Below, in pieces: positions 42,178-56,590 of a DNA stretch of 64,000 bases. The DNA lies in the NCBI RefSeq assembly GCF_009914755.1, contig NC_060933.1. One strand, given 5' to 3'. Positions within the stretch are counted from its first letter, which is position 1. Each line of letters opens with the position of its first letter. A program made the translations under genes and the position numbers. The stretch comes from the human T2T-CHM13v2.0 reference genome, Homo sapiens. The notes below the pieces were generated by a model that did no database searches, had not been told where the DNA came from, and saw only the letters and a list, made by a program, of their open reading frames with translations.

Positions 42178-42231
42178 GATCCAAAGGAAGAGAGGACTGG
42201 ACATGGGTGAGCAGCAAGAATGACTATCACG
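41680..42231 (-). mobile_element. MLT1K/L-like LTR interrupted by the 42011-42177 insert
   Basis: ctggcctagaagtgacac...ctagtcacatgacc...caaggggaccagaa [insert] ccaaaggaagagaggactggacatgggtgagcagc. Confidence 0.7.
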
Positions 42232-42239
42232 AGCTCCAT

Positions 42240-42720
42240 GTCTCTTGCTGGTTACTCTCCCCTGCAGATCTGCACTCTAGCTCTGCTGATATTGTCATTA
42301 TTGTGTCATTCATGCCCTTACTCATTTCACCAGATCCCATTATTCAACCAGTTCTTGCATGCAGTTCACTCATTCATTCCTTTCTCTTTCTCCTCCCCAA
42401 TGTTGCATTAATATTCAAAATATTCTTCCTCTTCTTCCCTTCATCTTCCTATTTCTTCTTCTGTCTTCCTTTACAACTCAATGTTTCCATCATCTCTTTC
42501 AGGAGGCTTATCTAACTGTACCCAAAAAGCTGGCTTGTCATCCATTCTCTGGTCTTTATGTAAAACCTTGTACTCACTTCTAATAGAAACCTAAACACTG
42601 CACTGGAAATGCTTACTTGCCTATTTGCCTCACAGCACAGTGTAAGTCTCCTGTCTTATTCACTGCTGTACTCTGAGTACCTTGCATAGTGCCTGGTGCA
42701 GGGCCAATTAATAGGCATTT
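42240..42720 (+). mobile_element. L2 fragments with 3' end
   Basis: tcttattcactgctgtactctgagtaccttgcatagtgcctgg. Confidence 0.55.
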
Positions 42721-45700
42721 AGTTACTCTTTGCTGTTTCAGTGACAAGAGATTATTTATGGTGAAGAACTTAGCATAATTTTGGATAAGAGAAACTACTT
42801 TTTCTCTGGTTTTCAGACTTGTTAAAAATTTATATAATGAGAGATGTGTTGGTTTGTTTTCTGGATAAGAACAATACAGAGAAGGAATTTTGGATATTCC
42901 AGTAGCTGAAAATTTAACTAGCCACACAGGCTAGAGGCATAGGCATTGGAATTTAGTGGTAGTGTGTAAGATCAAGTTTAAATTCAAAGAAGAATATTCT
43001 AACTTAATGGTCATTATGAAGCCAAAGGAAATAGTCACGAAGCAATTCTGCTTGTTCTTAGGATCCAGGCTTGCAGATATAGGTACTCAGTCACAAACAT
43101 GCCAATTTTCTTTAATTACATGATTTTCCTTCTCTGAACATTTAGAAGATAGAAGACAGATACTATAAACATTTCTCGCTCTTAACTTCATGAACTTCAG
43201 AAGAAACTTCGAACCCATGCATCAATGATATGGGAAATTTAAACTCAATCTAAGAATAATGCTTTCTCATCCCACAACTGATACTGTGTGTGGTTAAATT
43301 ACCCATGGGGGCAGTCTAGAATACCAATCACTGTACAGTGACTGGTTATTCAAATTCAGTTTCACAATTTGCCAAGTTTTTCAGACGAAACTGAAGCAGC
43401 TCTGAGAATTAATATGATTGTTAAGGCAGATTCTTAAAGTTTAAGCATTAGAGATTAGCTCTGAGCCCTGCATAGTAGAAAAATTGCCAGAAAACTTAGC
43501 AAACAATAACATATAATCAGAAAGCAAGTTTTCTATCCACACAGACATAATCACTTACATGTATATTACATGCTTTCAAATCTGGAGAGATTGTTACTAG
43601 AACATTAAACACTGGGGAGAACTATTTTATGGAAAAGGAACACATCGAAATAAAGGATTGAAGAACAAATAGTCTAATTCTGTAAAATACTTCACTTGGT
43701 TTTAAGGACCTGTCAGAGTCAGAACAGGGAGAGATTAATTGTGAACTAGAGTGAGTAATCCTGAGGGCACAATTCAACATCTGCTGAAGGATAGGTGTCA
43801 ATTCCATGGGAAGTTAGAGAAGAGGAAACCCCTAAGTATCGTCAGTGCTGTTCTTGTGCTTGCTCAGCCCAGACAATGGACACAACCCTAAGAGAGTGGG
43901 TGGAGAGCTAGCTAAGCCAAATAGGACATGCAGGCCTAGATTTGTTCCATTTGGTCGATGTAATTCTAGACCTAAGGGTATTCTGCGCAATTACCAAACC
44001 CGACACCACCGTGCAATGTAGCCAGATTCTTCTAATTTTATATATCAAAAATGTAATACACAATTAGTTTTGCCTATGAATTTTATGTGATCACTGTATC
44101 CTGATATATAGTTACTTTGTGCACATTGTTTAGATATTTAAATAATTATAGAATTATTTTTTATTTGTATGATTTTATGAGTATTAAATTCTATAATTTC
44201 ATTAGGCAATCAGTTTCTGAAAGACATGGCCCATGTGGCAAGTGAAAATTGCAGAATTCTTTAGAACACAGTCTTATATATCTTATAAATGATAAAAACG
44301 TGTAAGAATAAGAAAACCTCAGAAAATGACATGAAGGTGCTGAACTTTTCTCAGGAGTTTATAGCTAGCCTAGAACTAATTTTGGATCTTGAGACAAAAG
44401 AGGTATGTCAGAAAATATCTTCTGTAACCATGAAATTAAGTTGAAAGTAATTCAAGAGTTAATGTTTATGAAAAATACTACCTAAACTTTTGTTTGAACT
44501 ACTCTCATAATCTTTGTCTCAAATACTACCTAAGGATTTTACCAGAAAAATGTTCAACTTAAATAAACTCTTATTGAGCCAGGAGTGGGACAGGCAAACA
44601 AATCTTACACCCAGTGGTCAGCAATGGTCTGTTTACCCCCTGCAAGTGGTGAAGAATGTCACACACTCATGCCTAGGAGAGGATGGAAGATGGCACGGAA
44701 CCGCCCCAGCACTGATGCTGAGGTTCTCAGAATGAGAGAAAGCAGGTGGAAGTGAAGTCACAAGCTCTGGAAATCTGCCTTCTCACTCTCTTAACTCTTT
44801 TGCTAGATGGCACTTGAGCCTGCCACAGTCCAGGACCCAGCCGTAGCTGTCAAATAGAGAATATCACATGGTAAGCCATCTAAAACTTAATATTTTAGAG
44901 CTCAAAGGAGTGTCAAATATCATGGAGCCTCTTTCATTTTGTAGATGGGAAGGAAATCCAAAGCCTAAAGGGGTTTTGTGGCTTGCCCAAGCTCACACAA
45001 CCAGTGCATAATACAGAAGTCAGGCTGTTACCTTCCAGCCCAGTGTATTTTACATGACACAATACAACCCATGAGTTGCCTTGAAAGGGGAACCTAGAAT
45101 TACAAGGGTAGGGCAGCAATCGAAGAGAGTTGCCGGTATGGAGCTTTGGCAGAGTGTTCCCTCTTAGACATAGGGGCAATCCTCCAGGAAATGTTTCCCC
45201 AGTGTTAGCATTCAGAGTTCTAAAATGCTCATGGGGATATTTGGCCTTCAGAGTAAGAAGGTTCCTTCCATTTCTAGAGAAAGAAACAGGTTTGCCCTGG
45301 CAAAGGTCCAGGGGTTGCAGGTGCTCTTTGTGGGGTTACATTCATAAAAACTTGTCTTGTGAGAGAGAACCCCACCATGGCAGTGTCTCCCCAAGAACTC
45401 TGACTTGCAGGCCCCTGTGGCCAGTCAGAAGAGTAGCTTTGGGAAGGGTGGTGGCTTCTAACAGATGGCCCACATCTGACCACCAACTCAGATCCACTTT
45501 TATGAAAAAGTTGCTGCTTTCCAGGGTTTCTGGTGTGTGCATTCCAAGCAGGATCAAGAACATCTGGAGAACTTGGAATGAGGCTTGTGCTTAGGTCATG
45601 GCCTCTAGGCAAGAGATCAGCCCTTGAGTCACTGAAATCTTTTATGAAGCATTAGCTGTAGGTCTGGAAACAGCATTTAGGCAAGTCCATGTAAAGTGGA

Positions 45701-48700
45701 GGCTACTTGCCTCCACCCATTTTCCGGGGCTGGGCTTGTGCTGGAGCCCAAGACTCGTACGTGAACATTGCTTTCCAACTACGGAATTTAAAAGCATGAG
45801 GGAAGAGAATAGTCACAGATTTGTGTGAGAATGCTGAGACAGGTGACAGAACACCTCACCCTGGAGCCCTCAGAAATGTCTGTGGTGGGTATTAGGAAGG
45901 AGGATGTGAGGTGTGGGCTTCTCCCAGGAGATGGGGAGTCCCCTAGAATACTTTGATCCTTGGAAGCATCTTTCAGGGTTGATGAGGTATCACAATGCGG
46001 GAGCTTTGTCTTTCTTGCTTCTCCTTAAATATTCTGTGCCTAGAAATGAGAAGAAAAAATAAAGAGTGATGGGAAACTTAATGTGTATAATGTAAATTTT
46101 ACTCAGTAATGGCATTTGTAGAAAAGTCTCTTTTCAGTTAGGACTTGGAATCGAATCCAAGATAGTTCTCTTTATTTTGGGCCTCCTTCTTACCCACCAT
46201 TTACTTACCAGCATTTTTTTTTTCTTTAGCACATATTACTTTTTAATTTTTCCTTTTCTTATCTCCATTACCCTTAGATTTTAAGTATCATAAGGGTATT
46301 ATTCCATAATTATTCATCCTGTACTCTGAACACCTAGCACTGTATTTACTGAGACACCAAAAGTAACAATATAATAGAGTAAAAATTGTCAATGATGATC
46401 ATAATTACAATAATAATTTTACATGTGCAGCTTCTTATATGTGGCTTGCAGAGCACTTTCACATATTTTGTACACTTTCAAACTTTGATGAAGCCTAACA
46501 GAAATTTGACTTCTGCCCAAGTCTTTGGACTCCAAATCAGATGCTTTTTTAATGGTCAGGAGGATATCTAGATTTCAAAACAATGTGTTTTTCAGAGAAC
46601 AGACTGATCATGGTCGAGAGTTCTGTATGCATACAGCATGAGAGATGGAGGTCTGTACAGTCTTACCTTGAGAGTTCAAGTAAAATTGCAGAGCAACAAA
46701 GTTTGTAAATTTTTAAGTGAAGGAGTTTTCTAATGGTAAATAGCCAATTCAAAAACCAAACCAAAGCAACCAAAAAACACGGATTCTAAAACCTTAACTG
46801 AGGAAATTACTGAGCAAAAATGTAGTTTTTCTGTTTCTGGTCCCAGAATAGTTGTGTCCTTATTCATGTTACTCAACTTTAGTTTTACAATATGAAAAAT
46901 AACAGCACTTAGCCAAATGGGGCCTCTGCCACTCCCCATGACAAGATGCCATACCTCTGTTAGTCTAATTTAAAAAGTTGGAAGGTAAGCATTTAATTGT
47001 AACTATACAAAGCATGGTACTGATTTCTAGGGGGGGAGCTTCTCATCTTGCCAGTTGAACATGGGGTTATTAAAATGCTGTGATCAAGTTTTCCATATAA
47101 AAAGTGGTTAAAAATTAAAAGCCAAGGTTTGAAAGGTCGCTTTTCATCATTCTGTAACTATGGTAAAAGAGAACCTGGGGGCAGTTCCTTAAGCTTTTGA
47201 AATCTGTTCCCTCAGAAGGTTTTCTCATGCCACCTTCCAGAGATTACCATCAATCAAGGACATAGTCAAGCATATTTGGCAATACTGCATAGCAGATTAT
47301 ATTCTGAAAATAAGAGGTTCATTTTAAGTATACTTTTTCACATCCTATTTGTGATCTTGCCTCTCCTCAACCCCAAAACCTGTGGCTTTGGGGCTGTGTG
47401 CCCCAGGAAGTGCCCCCCATACACTTCCAGGATGCTACCTATCAGCAGGACCAGTGCTCCACTGGCAAAATGGAGTACTAGTAAATCCCATGCAGAACCT
47501 GATATGCAACATCATGTGAAAATTCAGAGGTTTCAACAACTTCATGGGATTTATAGTCACATCGAAGCATAACTTGGGAATGGAAACCTTGGTTATTTAG
47601 AAAATGTAACCATAACACTGGTTTTTGTTCACTAACAGAATTTCCTAAAGGGTATCTACTTAACTCCTCTGGTGAAACAACTCAACCTAGAATTATTTCA
47701 ACAATAAAATATTAAGATAGACTAATGAAAAGGAATTCACTAAGAGTATACACCTTATGCATTCAAAACTGAAACAGTTTTAACGCAAGTTGGGTATGTG
47801 TGAAAGACTCAAAAGACTGCAGGCTGAAGTCTTATTGCAGCCATCTCTGCATGCAAAATAGTTTTAACCGTAGGTTTCAAAGCAAAGTTGTTAATGCTGA
47901 AGGATCATGTTGGATCAGTGGGAATTGCTTGCAGGGGAATTGCAGGGAGGCCAAGGCAGTGGAGGCTGATGACAGCTCAGGTCTGAATCATCCAGAGTGG
48001 TGTCAGCTGGTGTATCCAAATACATCAGAACTGTCTTCTCTGAGTTTCAGAGTCATTACCAGGAGTGTATGCAGCTTGTGGAAAATCACTTACTCTGTGG
48101 GGGCTCCCCTTCTCTATTGACATTTGTAATGAATAAAGGCCAAGTATAGTGATCATCAAGAAAAGCCGTGTTAAAGTTAATCTCGGCTGTAGACATCAGG
48201 AATAGCCTGTAGGTGGTAATATAAATAATAGCAATCATAGCAGAAGTAGCATTAATTGAATGTATACTATGCTGCAAAAAGTATGCTAAATCTTATTTTG
48301 TTAAATCCTCACCATAGCCACATGGGGCAGGTATTAATATCCCAGTTTTATTGATCTAGGGAAGTGAGACTGGGAGAAAGGAAGCAGCATGCTCTGGTAC
48401 ACATGGGAATGAGTTGGAACACAGGTGTGTCTAGGCTCATGCTTGCTTCTCTCTGGTGCTCTCTCTCAATCTCTGTCTCTGCTGGGAGGGATCTAACCGA
48501 AAGATGGTAAATGGCCTGAGGAAGTTTCTAAAGGAAAGCAGGGAATTTACATAAAGATGGTGATCTCATTTCACATGCTGATGATAACTGAGTTAAAATT
48601 TAGCCTCTAGCTATTAACAACTCCCTTTCTTCCTATTCCTGCCACTCCCTTGGGGTCACCCAAAGCTTGGAGATGAACCACAGAAGCAGAGACATTTTGA

Positions 48701-48949
48701 TCCTAGAGCTCATTTTGGTTAGTGCTTTTATTCAGAGCTGTCTGTGATACAAGGACTACACACTCACTTGACACGTATTATTGTTTTGAGTCTTGCTATG
48801 ACCTAGTCAGGTGGGTATTCTTCCCATTTTACAGTTGATAAAACAGTCTCAGAATGTTTAAGGAATTTTTGTAATGTCCTGCGCTTATTAAGAGGTAGAG
48901 CAGGATATGGACTGAGGGCTGCCTGACCCTAAGCTTCTTCCCACAAGAC

Positions 48950-49115
48950 CAGGGCTTCTCATCCTAGGCTGCTCATTGGAAACACCTATGATTTCAAAAA
49001 ATATGCCTGGATCCCTCCCGAGACCAATGAGATTAGGATAAGAGAGGACCTGAACCCAGTCTTTCTAAGAGCTCCTCAAGAGATTGTAATGTGCAGTCAA
49101 GACTGATAACTTCTC
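48950..49115. mobile_element. MER5B-like DNA transposon
   Basis: cagggcttctcatcctaggctgc...gattgtaatgtgcagtcaagactgataac. Confidence 0.55.
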
Positions 49116-51199
49116 ATCTGAGTATTGCCATACCCTTTCTCCAGCTGTCTTGCTGAACATAATAAAGATCTCTGAAAACCAGGATGGCAGCTAAGTGATT
49201 GGCTTCTTTTAGTTATTATGGCAGATCTAATCTTGTCTGCAGAGCCTTGTATGCCAGGTAACAAATACTTGATCATTTATACAATCTTAATAACTTCCTC
49301 AAGGATTTAAATAGGCGGGAATGTTCCTGTTATGGGGTAAACATAAGAGAGAGAGTCAGAAGACATGTATTCAATGTACATCCACTCTAATGGCTGCCTT
49401 TTCTTTCTAGTGAAAACAGAAACACAATTAGTTGTCATTGAATTTAGGACTCAAGTATCTGTGAATACCAGAGTACCCAGCTCCTAGCTGTCCTTACAGT
49501 CTCTTAAGTGGGTTGAGAAGAAAGTTCTTGTCATTGTCGTGAACTCTTGGGTCAAGTGGCCCCTCTTCTTGATGTCAGTAAACATAGATAATTCTTGTCA
49601 TAGTTTCTAGTATCGGTTGTCCTTTTGCAAGCTGATGGTCTTCATGGTGTGGTATGGATTCCATTGTACTTGAAACTCACAGAAGCACAGAACAGAGTCC
49701 TGTAAGTAAATATTTTCCCCAACATTTGCAAGATACCTGATTACAGAGACCCTGATGTACATGATATCTTCTAATTTTTCCATCCCACTCCTGACCCCCT
49801 TACCAACTCTGTGCACATAGTGAATAATTATAAAATGGAATACAAATTATGAGATAAAACTAGTCCAGAAGAAAGAGACTCAGTTACATTTTTAGACTGA
49901 ATCTCCCATGTCCCATCAAGGTGCCATGTACAAAAAAAGTACCTAACAATTTGTGTTGGTATTTAGGGTATAAAATTTAACTTCAAATTGGTGGATGGCC
50001 AGCAGAATATGGTCCCTGCGTTCAGGTGACCAGTATTCTGCGTCATGTTTATGGTCAGTATAATCAAACTTTGGAAGCTGGCTTTGTAGCAAAATTTGTG
50101 ACTCAAATCATAAAAATATTTTTTCTGTGAATTAAATATGAAAAAACTGGGGGAGATAACACCATACACTTTCATACTAGTTGGATGGCAGATACCTAGC
50201 ATATGTACCCTTATTACATCCTCCCACATCACTGGATACTTTCCCTTCTCTTTTTCTAGCTGAGCACAGGCATGGACTCAAACTTTTCAACACTGGGACC
50301 CATGCAATGATTCCAGATAGATCAGATTTTGCACAAAAGATTAAACCTATTTTCCATCTCTACTATAGCAAGTTATAGTTTACAAAGGATATTCATGCCC
50401 AATATCTTGTTCATGTTGTTCTTTGCAAAGTTAAAAGCCCTATAAAATACAAGGTGGTGGTGATTATGTAAAAGATGACAGAGCTCTTCATATTCGTTCT
50501 GAATGTTAGGTACATACTGAAGTTTTGTGGGTTTTTTGGAATATGCTTCCAAGTTTCTAAATCCAGCAGGGGGAGTATCCTGCTTTCCCAGACCCTGCTT
50601 TTAACACCTGCTTAGTTTCAGCACTGACAGTTTGTTTTGTAATCCCCCCAAATTTGAGAAGCCTGTTGGGAAAAATTATGTTGACACCTTACAGGATAGA
50701 CCATCAAGGAAATTAGAGTTCAATTTCCCCCTCTACTCATGGAGTCCTATCTGTGGCACCTCTCTTCTCTTAAATTTGGCTCCGAAGCCATGTATAGCTC
50801 CAATGATACGGTCTGCGAGCATTTTTGTTGGAAATCCTGTCTTTAGAATTGAACATGAAATTATGATCAAATTTTTTCTTAAATCTAATAGGTCACATGA
50901 TTTTTCACCCTCTGGAGGAGCTGTGAACTGGCTACGTTTCAATTTAGGTAATTATATCCAACTTCCCAAATTCCACCCTAGTTTATGTGGTTCTGTTTCT
51001 TTCCCTGCCGCCATTAAAATTCTATCAGCAAAGAAAGATTGTGTCATTTCTTACAGGAACAGGCTGTCTTTTCCTGGCATGTGAAGTAATCTCCCTCTGC
51101 TAAAATAGCATTGTACCTGTCAGATCAATGCACATGTAATGTCAGGCTTTATTTAAAAATACCATTATCTTTGTTGTTCTAAAACTTGTGTCTTAATAT

Positions 51200-51411
51200 C
51201 AGAAATTTTCAAACTGTGGCCTGAGGGATAACTGCAGCTAGTGACCTCTTTTGGTACAGCTCTCATGCTAAGACTGGGTTTTACATTTTCAAAGCATTGT
51301 AAAAAGAAACTACACATATATAGAAAAATATACAACAGAGATGATATGTGCACTCAAAAGCCTAAAGTATTTACTAACTAGCTATTTACAGAATAAGTTT
51401 GGTGACTCTTG
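51200..51411. mobile_element. MER58-type (hAT-Charlie) DNA transposon
   Basis: caaactgtggcc...aaagcctaaagtatttactaactagctatttacagaataagtttggtgactcttg. Confidence 0.7.
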
Positions 51412-51541
51412 CTTAAGATAATCACAGTAGTGGTGATAGTACTTATATTAATAAGAGCCCACTTATATGGTACTTACCGTATAATGTTTTAAGCATTTTT
51501 TATGTTTAACTCTGTTAATCTTCATACAGACTCTGAGACAG

Positions 51542-53745
51542 TGTAGCAGACAACCTTTAAGACTGTCTGAAATAATCCTTGCCTCTGGCATTCATGCCCT
51601 TCTGTAATCCCTTCTGAAATGTAGCCTTTATTTATGGACTCCTTTTGAATGAATAGTAATTCCCTCTAATAGACTATGGCATGGAATGTAGAATATGGCT
51701 ATGGAATGTCACCAAGATTAGATTATAAAAGGCTGTGGTTTTCTTCTTGAGTGTTCCCTCACTCACCCTTTGATTGATCACTATGGGAGAAGCCAACTGC
51801 AACTTAGAGATGCCCGTGTGTTAAGAAAGGATTGAATCCTACTGATAAACCCCATATGCAAACCCCATCAATTAAACTCCCCACTCCCTCAACCCAATTG
51901 AGTCTTCGGATGAGACCACAGCCCCAGTCATCAACTTAACTGCAGTTTCATGAGAGACTTTTAGCCAGAGGTACTCAGCTAGTTTGCACCCAGATTCTTG
52001 GCTCATAAAAACCAAGATAATGTTTGCTGTTTTAAGGCACTAAGTTTTGGGATAAATTGCGAGGTATCAATAGATAAACAGAGACTTTGGCACCTGGAAG
52101 TGGGAGCATTGCCATAACAAATACATAAAATGTGGGAGTGGCTTTGGAACCAGGTAGTGGGCAGAAACTAGAAATGCTGTAGTACTTTTAGGAGAATGTT
52201 AATAAAAGCTTAAAGTACCTTGAACACATTAGTCATAGAATTTTTGGCTTTCAAGACACTGAGAGTGAGAAAGTGCAGGAAAGTTAAGAAAATGTTTTCG
52301 AAAAACTGGAGGAAGGGGGACTCTTGTTTATGTAGTGGCAGAAAGTTTAGCAACACTCTGATCTGTGGTTATGTGAAAAGTAGAAAAATATGTCTAATGA
52401 ACTGGGTAACTTCTAAGTAAAGTGTTGAAGATTCTGCCTGGTTTCTTCTTTCTGATAACAGTAAAATGAGAGAAGAGAAATAATTTGGGGGAAGGATTGT
52501 TAAACGAAAAGGAGTCAGGACTTGGTTGTTTTCAAAATTCTCATCCTCTATAAATAACAAATGATACTAAAATTAAAAAATAGCTTATCAGCAAAGATCA
52601 AATTTAGAGTACTGTCAGAAAAACATAGTCTAAAGATGAAGCTAAGAGTGTGACCGGACCTTTGTTAAGACCTCAGAGAGATCAAAGGTAATGCCTTGGT
52701 GTTCTATTCAGTCACACAGAAAGGTGTTTAAAAGATTGAAGGTATACCTCACACATTCTCTCAGTAGGGCCTCTAAGAAGATTAAGACTGTGTCTCTCAG
52801 CCATCTCAGCAGGAGCCCAAGGTAGAGAAAGACTTACCTGGAAGAATTTGTAGGATTGATTTTTGTCTAATAGAGTTGAAATCAAGTGGAGTCATGGGTG
52901 ACCCACTAAGCAGGAACATTGGACTTGGACTTAGGGGAACAGAGACAGTATAGAATGAAGAAAGGTCTTTGGAATCTCAGAATTCTACTGGCAGGAAGCA
53001 GGCAGGAAAAACTGTTCAGTTACCTTTCATTATAAAAAGAAAAGATGACTTATAGAGTAGAGTCCAAAGCCTGGAGGGCATAGCTGAGAGTAGTGGAGAA
53101 TTATTCTTAGGCCTTGAGAATCTAACCAGGGTGTCCCTAACAGTTCCCTGGTTAGATGTTAGAATCACTATGCACCAGTGACTTCCTTATGCCTCCTATT
53201 TACTTCCATTTGAACACAAATGTGTACATTGGTTATCCTGTGCCTTCTTCAACACTATTATTTTTGGTGTCTCTGGAGAAGGGAACTTTTCTGTTTAGTT
53301 TCCGAAGTCTACAGTCTGTTATATTCCAGGAGCTATACTCAGTATAGCTTGGAAGTAGATGATGGAAGTAGACCTTGGAAGTAGATGGATGTATTTTTCA
53401 TGTGTGAAGGATGTGAATCATTGGGGGTTGGGGAGGGGACAGGCAGTTTCTAAGATGGTCCCCATCTACTGGCATCATTCTCTTTAGTGTGAACAGGATT
53501 TAGCGATTCAATTTTAACAAATATAGCACTGCAAAAGCGATGGGATGTTACTACCAAACTTAGGTTGTGAAAAAGATTGTGGCTTTTATCCTGAGTGCTC
53601 TGCTTTCATTCTCTTTTGGCTTCCTCACTTTGAGGAAAGCCAGCTACGGTGGGGGAAGCTCTGTGTAGAGGGAACAAAGCCTGCCAACAGCCATGTGAGT
53701 GAGTCTGGAAAGAGATCTTCCCTTCTTCCAGTCCAGTCAAGCCTT
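51542..53745 (+). mobile_element. MLT1F-like MaLR provirus remnant: LTR (~51542-52080), internal region (~52081-53420), partial second LTR
   Basis: LTR ends caatagataaaca; internal start gagactttggcacctggaagtggg; purine-rich tract then tttctaagatggtcccc begins the second LTR. Confidence 0.7.
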
Positions 53746-53778
53746 CACAGTGTGTGCAAAAATGAGGAAGTGCCACTC

Positions 53779-53938
53779 TTTAAAACCATCAGCTCTTATG
53801 AGAACTCACTATCAACAGAACAGCAGGGCGGAGACCACCCCCATGATCCAGTTGCCTCCCACCAGGTCTCTCCCTAAACGCCTGGGGATTACAATTCAAG
53901 ATGAGATTTGGATGGAGACACAGAGTCAAACCATATCA
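53779..53938 (-). mobile_element. THE1/MST LTR fragment (5' part only)
   Basis: aaaaccatcagctcttatgagaactcactatc...gattacaattcaagatgagatttgg...aaaccatatca. Confidence 0.8.
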
Positions 53939-54205
53939 CCCGGGTTCCTTGGAACAGGCATCAACTGACATAGAGGGAGTCTCTTGAAATGTCTGTCTAC
54001 CTCATTGGTGCTCCTGAATATCAATTTTGTTTGCTATTTGATCAGCTACTGGCCAAGGAGTGAGCAAAGCGTCAGTAACTGCAACTCATTTACACTGTTA
54101 TGTTTAAAAGCCATGATTATATCAAGGAGAAAGATGTGGATATCCTTGGTGGTATAACTTCAATGCCACCCTTTAAATCCCTAGTCATCTGGGCGTGATA
54201 GCCCC

Positions 54206-54383
54206 AGTGCCACTCAAAGGATGGTCTGCACAGTGGTACTGTCGACATCACCTGGGATCCTATTAAAATGGAAATACTTGGACCTCACCTCAGGTGTAAT
54301 GAATCAGGCTCTCTGGGGCTTTGCTCAGCAATTTGTGCTTTAACAGGTGCTTCTTATACAACACTATAGTTTGAGAAGCACTT
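54206..54383. mobile_element. MER5A-like DNA transposon
   Basis: cagtgccactcaaag...catcacctggga...tagtttgagaagcact. Confidence 0.65.
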
Positions 54384-55521
54384 GTGAGACTGGGCTCTAG
54401 GTTTGATTAACTTGGTCACAAGTTTCTGAAGTCTGAAATACATAGTTATAGCACTTTTGGCAAGAGTTACTTTGTTCACAGCAAATCTTTATGTTAACAC
54501 TTCATATTTTCTTCTGTGGAGTAGTGATATTTGAAATGTGGTTTGTAACAAATCATTTTAAAAAGGAAAAACTCCTTAACAGAATAGGTTAAGGATTTCA
54601 CATATAGCTTTATTTTTCCTCTGTGGACCCTCCTGTAATTTGGGGCTGTCTGGAGATTAATTTATCTTTTCATGTGAAAAATGCTGCTAACATTACTAAT
54701 TGTAAGAGCTTCAGTTGGTGGTTGGAACTGAAACATCTATCCTTAAATCTCCTCTTTACAAAACAAGCGATTGTGTCGTGGTTCCATGGGACAAGCATAA
54801 ACTTTCTGTGCTGTTAGAAAACAATTATTAGTAAGGTCTAATAAATGTTTATTATGGAATAAAAGTTACTTAGTTATATAACTGCTCAGATGATTGTATT
54901 TAAAAGGAGATAGATATCTCTTAATCTAGCTGGGGGTCTTCTCATTAATTGTTAGTTGAGTTGTGCCAGGAAATTATTCTATTTATATACTCTTTTAAGC
55001 TTATTGCAGATGTGGAGTCTCATGTCAAGAATGGAACATTCTTAATCTTTCCTGTTTCTTGAAACAAGAAGATAATAAACATATCTGACAAACTGTAATC
55101 AGGAACTGGCCTGGTAGTTAATGAACAGGTCAGAGGTGGCTATTGGGGATGTTTCTAAAGAATGTTCATAATGAAAGCTCATTGGCTTAGACCTCAGCTC
55201 TATAAAAGTGGTGATAAAAGGCATGAGGAGGGTGGCGGTTAAAGAAAGGAAGATTCTACACAGCCTCTAACATTCACAGTACTCATTTTTTTCTTGTTTT
55301 GCTCTCCTAATACTCAGTGGGCCTGTGATGTGTCTAAACCACCCACCTTGCACTGATCACCACCTTGAAGAACTAGGTTTGGTTCAGCACTTTCTCTGTG
55401 GCCCCAAGGGAAAGATCACCATAAACTAGGAGGAAAGAATCTGAAATCGAATTTGAGCACTGCCAGTACCTCATGTTGACCTTAGGGAAGTCATAGATAC
55501 CTGAGCAGCTGCTCTGGGAGG

Positions 55522-55551
55522 CTGCAGCACTCTGGCCCCAGCAGGAGGCAA
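55522..55551 (+). promoter_or_regulatory. Candidate CTCF site (core plus upstream TGCAG module)
   Basis: CCAGCAGGAGGCA at 55538-55550 with TGCAG starting 15 nt upstream; one core mismatch. Confidence 0.4.
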
Positions 55552-56406
55552 GCTGCTGTCCTGTATTGTTCTCCCTTTCCCAAGATTATTGATGCTCGGT
55601 TATTTAAGGGTGGACACCCCACACTATCTTTGCCTCTTGCTGCCACAATATCCTCCCTCCTAGCTGGCTATGGGAAGTGGGTGAGGAAAGCATAAATCCT
55701 GCAATAATTCTTGCCCATTTTTCCACTTCCTCTAGGTTGTCGCATAAAGAAAACGTAATGTTATTTTTTTTTTAGTTGAAGAAAAGTGTGTGATTAAAGC
55801 TGAATACATGTTGAATGTGATTTTTATGTGTGTACAAGGCTTGTGAATTTCAAGTATATTATATGGAAACAGTCTTTACTAAGAATGTCATAAAGCAAAA
55901 GCAATTTTAAAAAAGCTAATAGCCTTTATAACCAAAATATATAAAGAAGCATGATTTATGCATGTGCTGAATTCTTCTTTCCTATTGTGAACATGTACAA
56001 GAATTCTGTCTCCTCTATTACTATTTACTCTGAAAATATTTATTCAGCGCCTACTATTTGACTATTTTGGTTCCGGAATAACCATGCATGATTTGGTCCC
56101 TATCATGTTGCCTAGGTAAGAAGTGATCAAGATCACCAGCTCACTGGCCTCCCATCCTTCTCCACCTTGCTGGGTTTCTTTTCTCTTACCCTCTTCCTCT
56201 TTCTCTCCATCTCCCTCTTCCTGTGCCCTTAAACATTTTTTGTGTGTGTTTGAGACTTATCCAATGGAATGAATGGTTTGGAAATATTTATAAAGTAGCT
56301 GTTTCCTGAAAGTACTTCCAAAATTGATGGTTTCTAGATCTCTAGTTCAGAATTATTTACTATATATATGTATATGTATGTCTGCGAAAGAGCAATTTAC
56401 CTAGAA

Positions 56407-56590
56407 CAATGACTCAAATTGTGGGCTGCATTAGAATCACCTGAAGGGCTTCTTAAAACACAGATTGCTGGGTCCCTCTCCCAAAGTATCAGCTTTAGTA
56501 GGTCTGGGGTGGTGCTCAAGAATTTGCATTTCTGACTTCCCAGATGATGCTGATACTGCTGGTCTGGAGACCATACCTTGTGAACACTCA
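56407..56590. mobile_element. MER5A DNA transposon
   Basis: gctgcattagaatcacctg...agtaggtctgggg...aatttgcatttct...gatgctgatactgctggtc. Confidence 0.75.

Noticed and set aside
45130-45612. Overlapping 154-aa (+) and 112-aa (-) ORFs in a GC-richer patch
   Set aside because: No recognisable domain; the + ORF starts at a non-ATG codon; no clear exon structure.
50632-51084. 150-aa ORF
   Set aside because: TTG start and no recognisable homology; consistent with chance.
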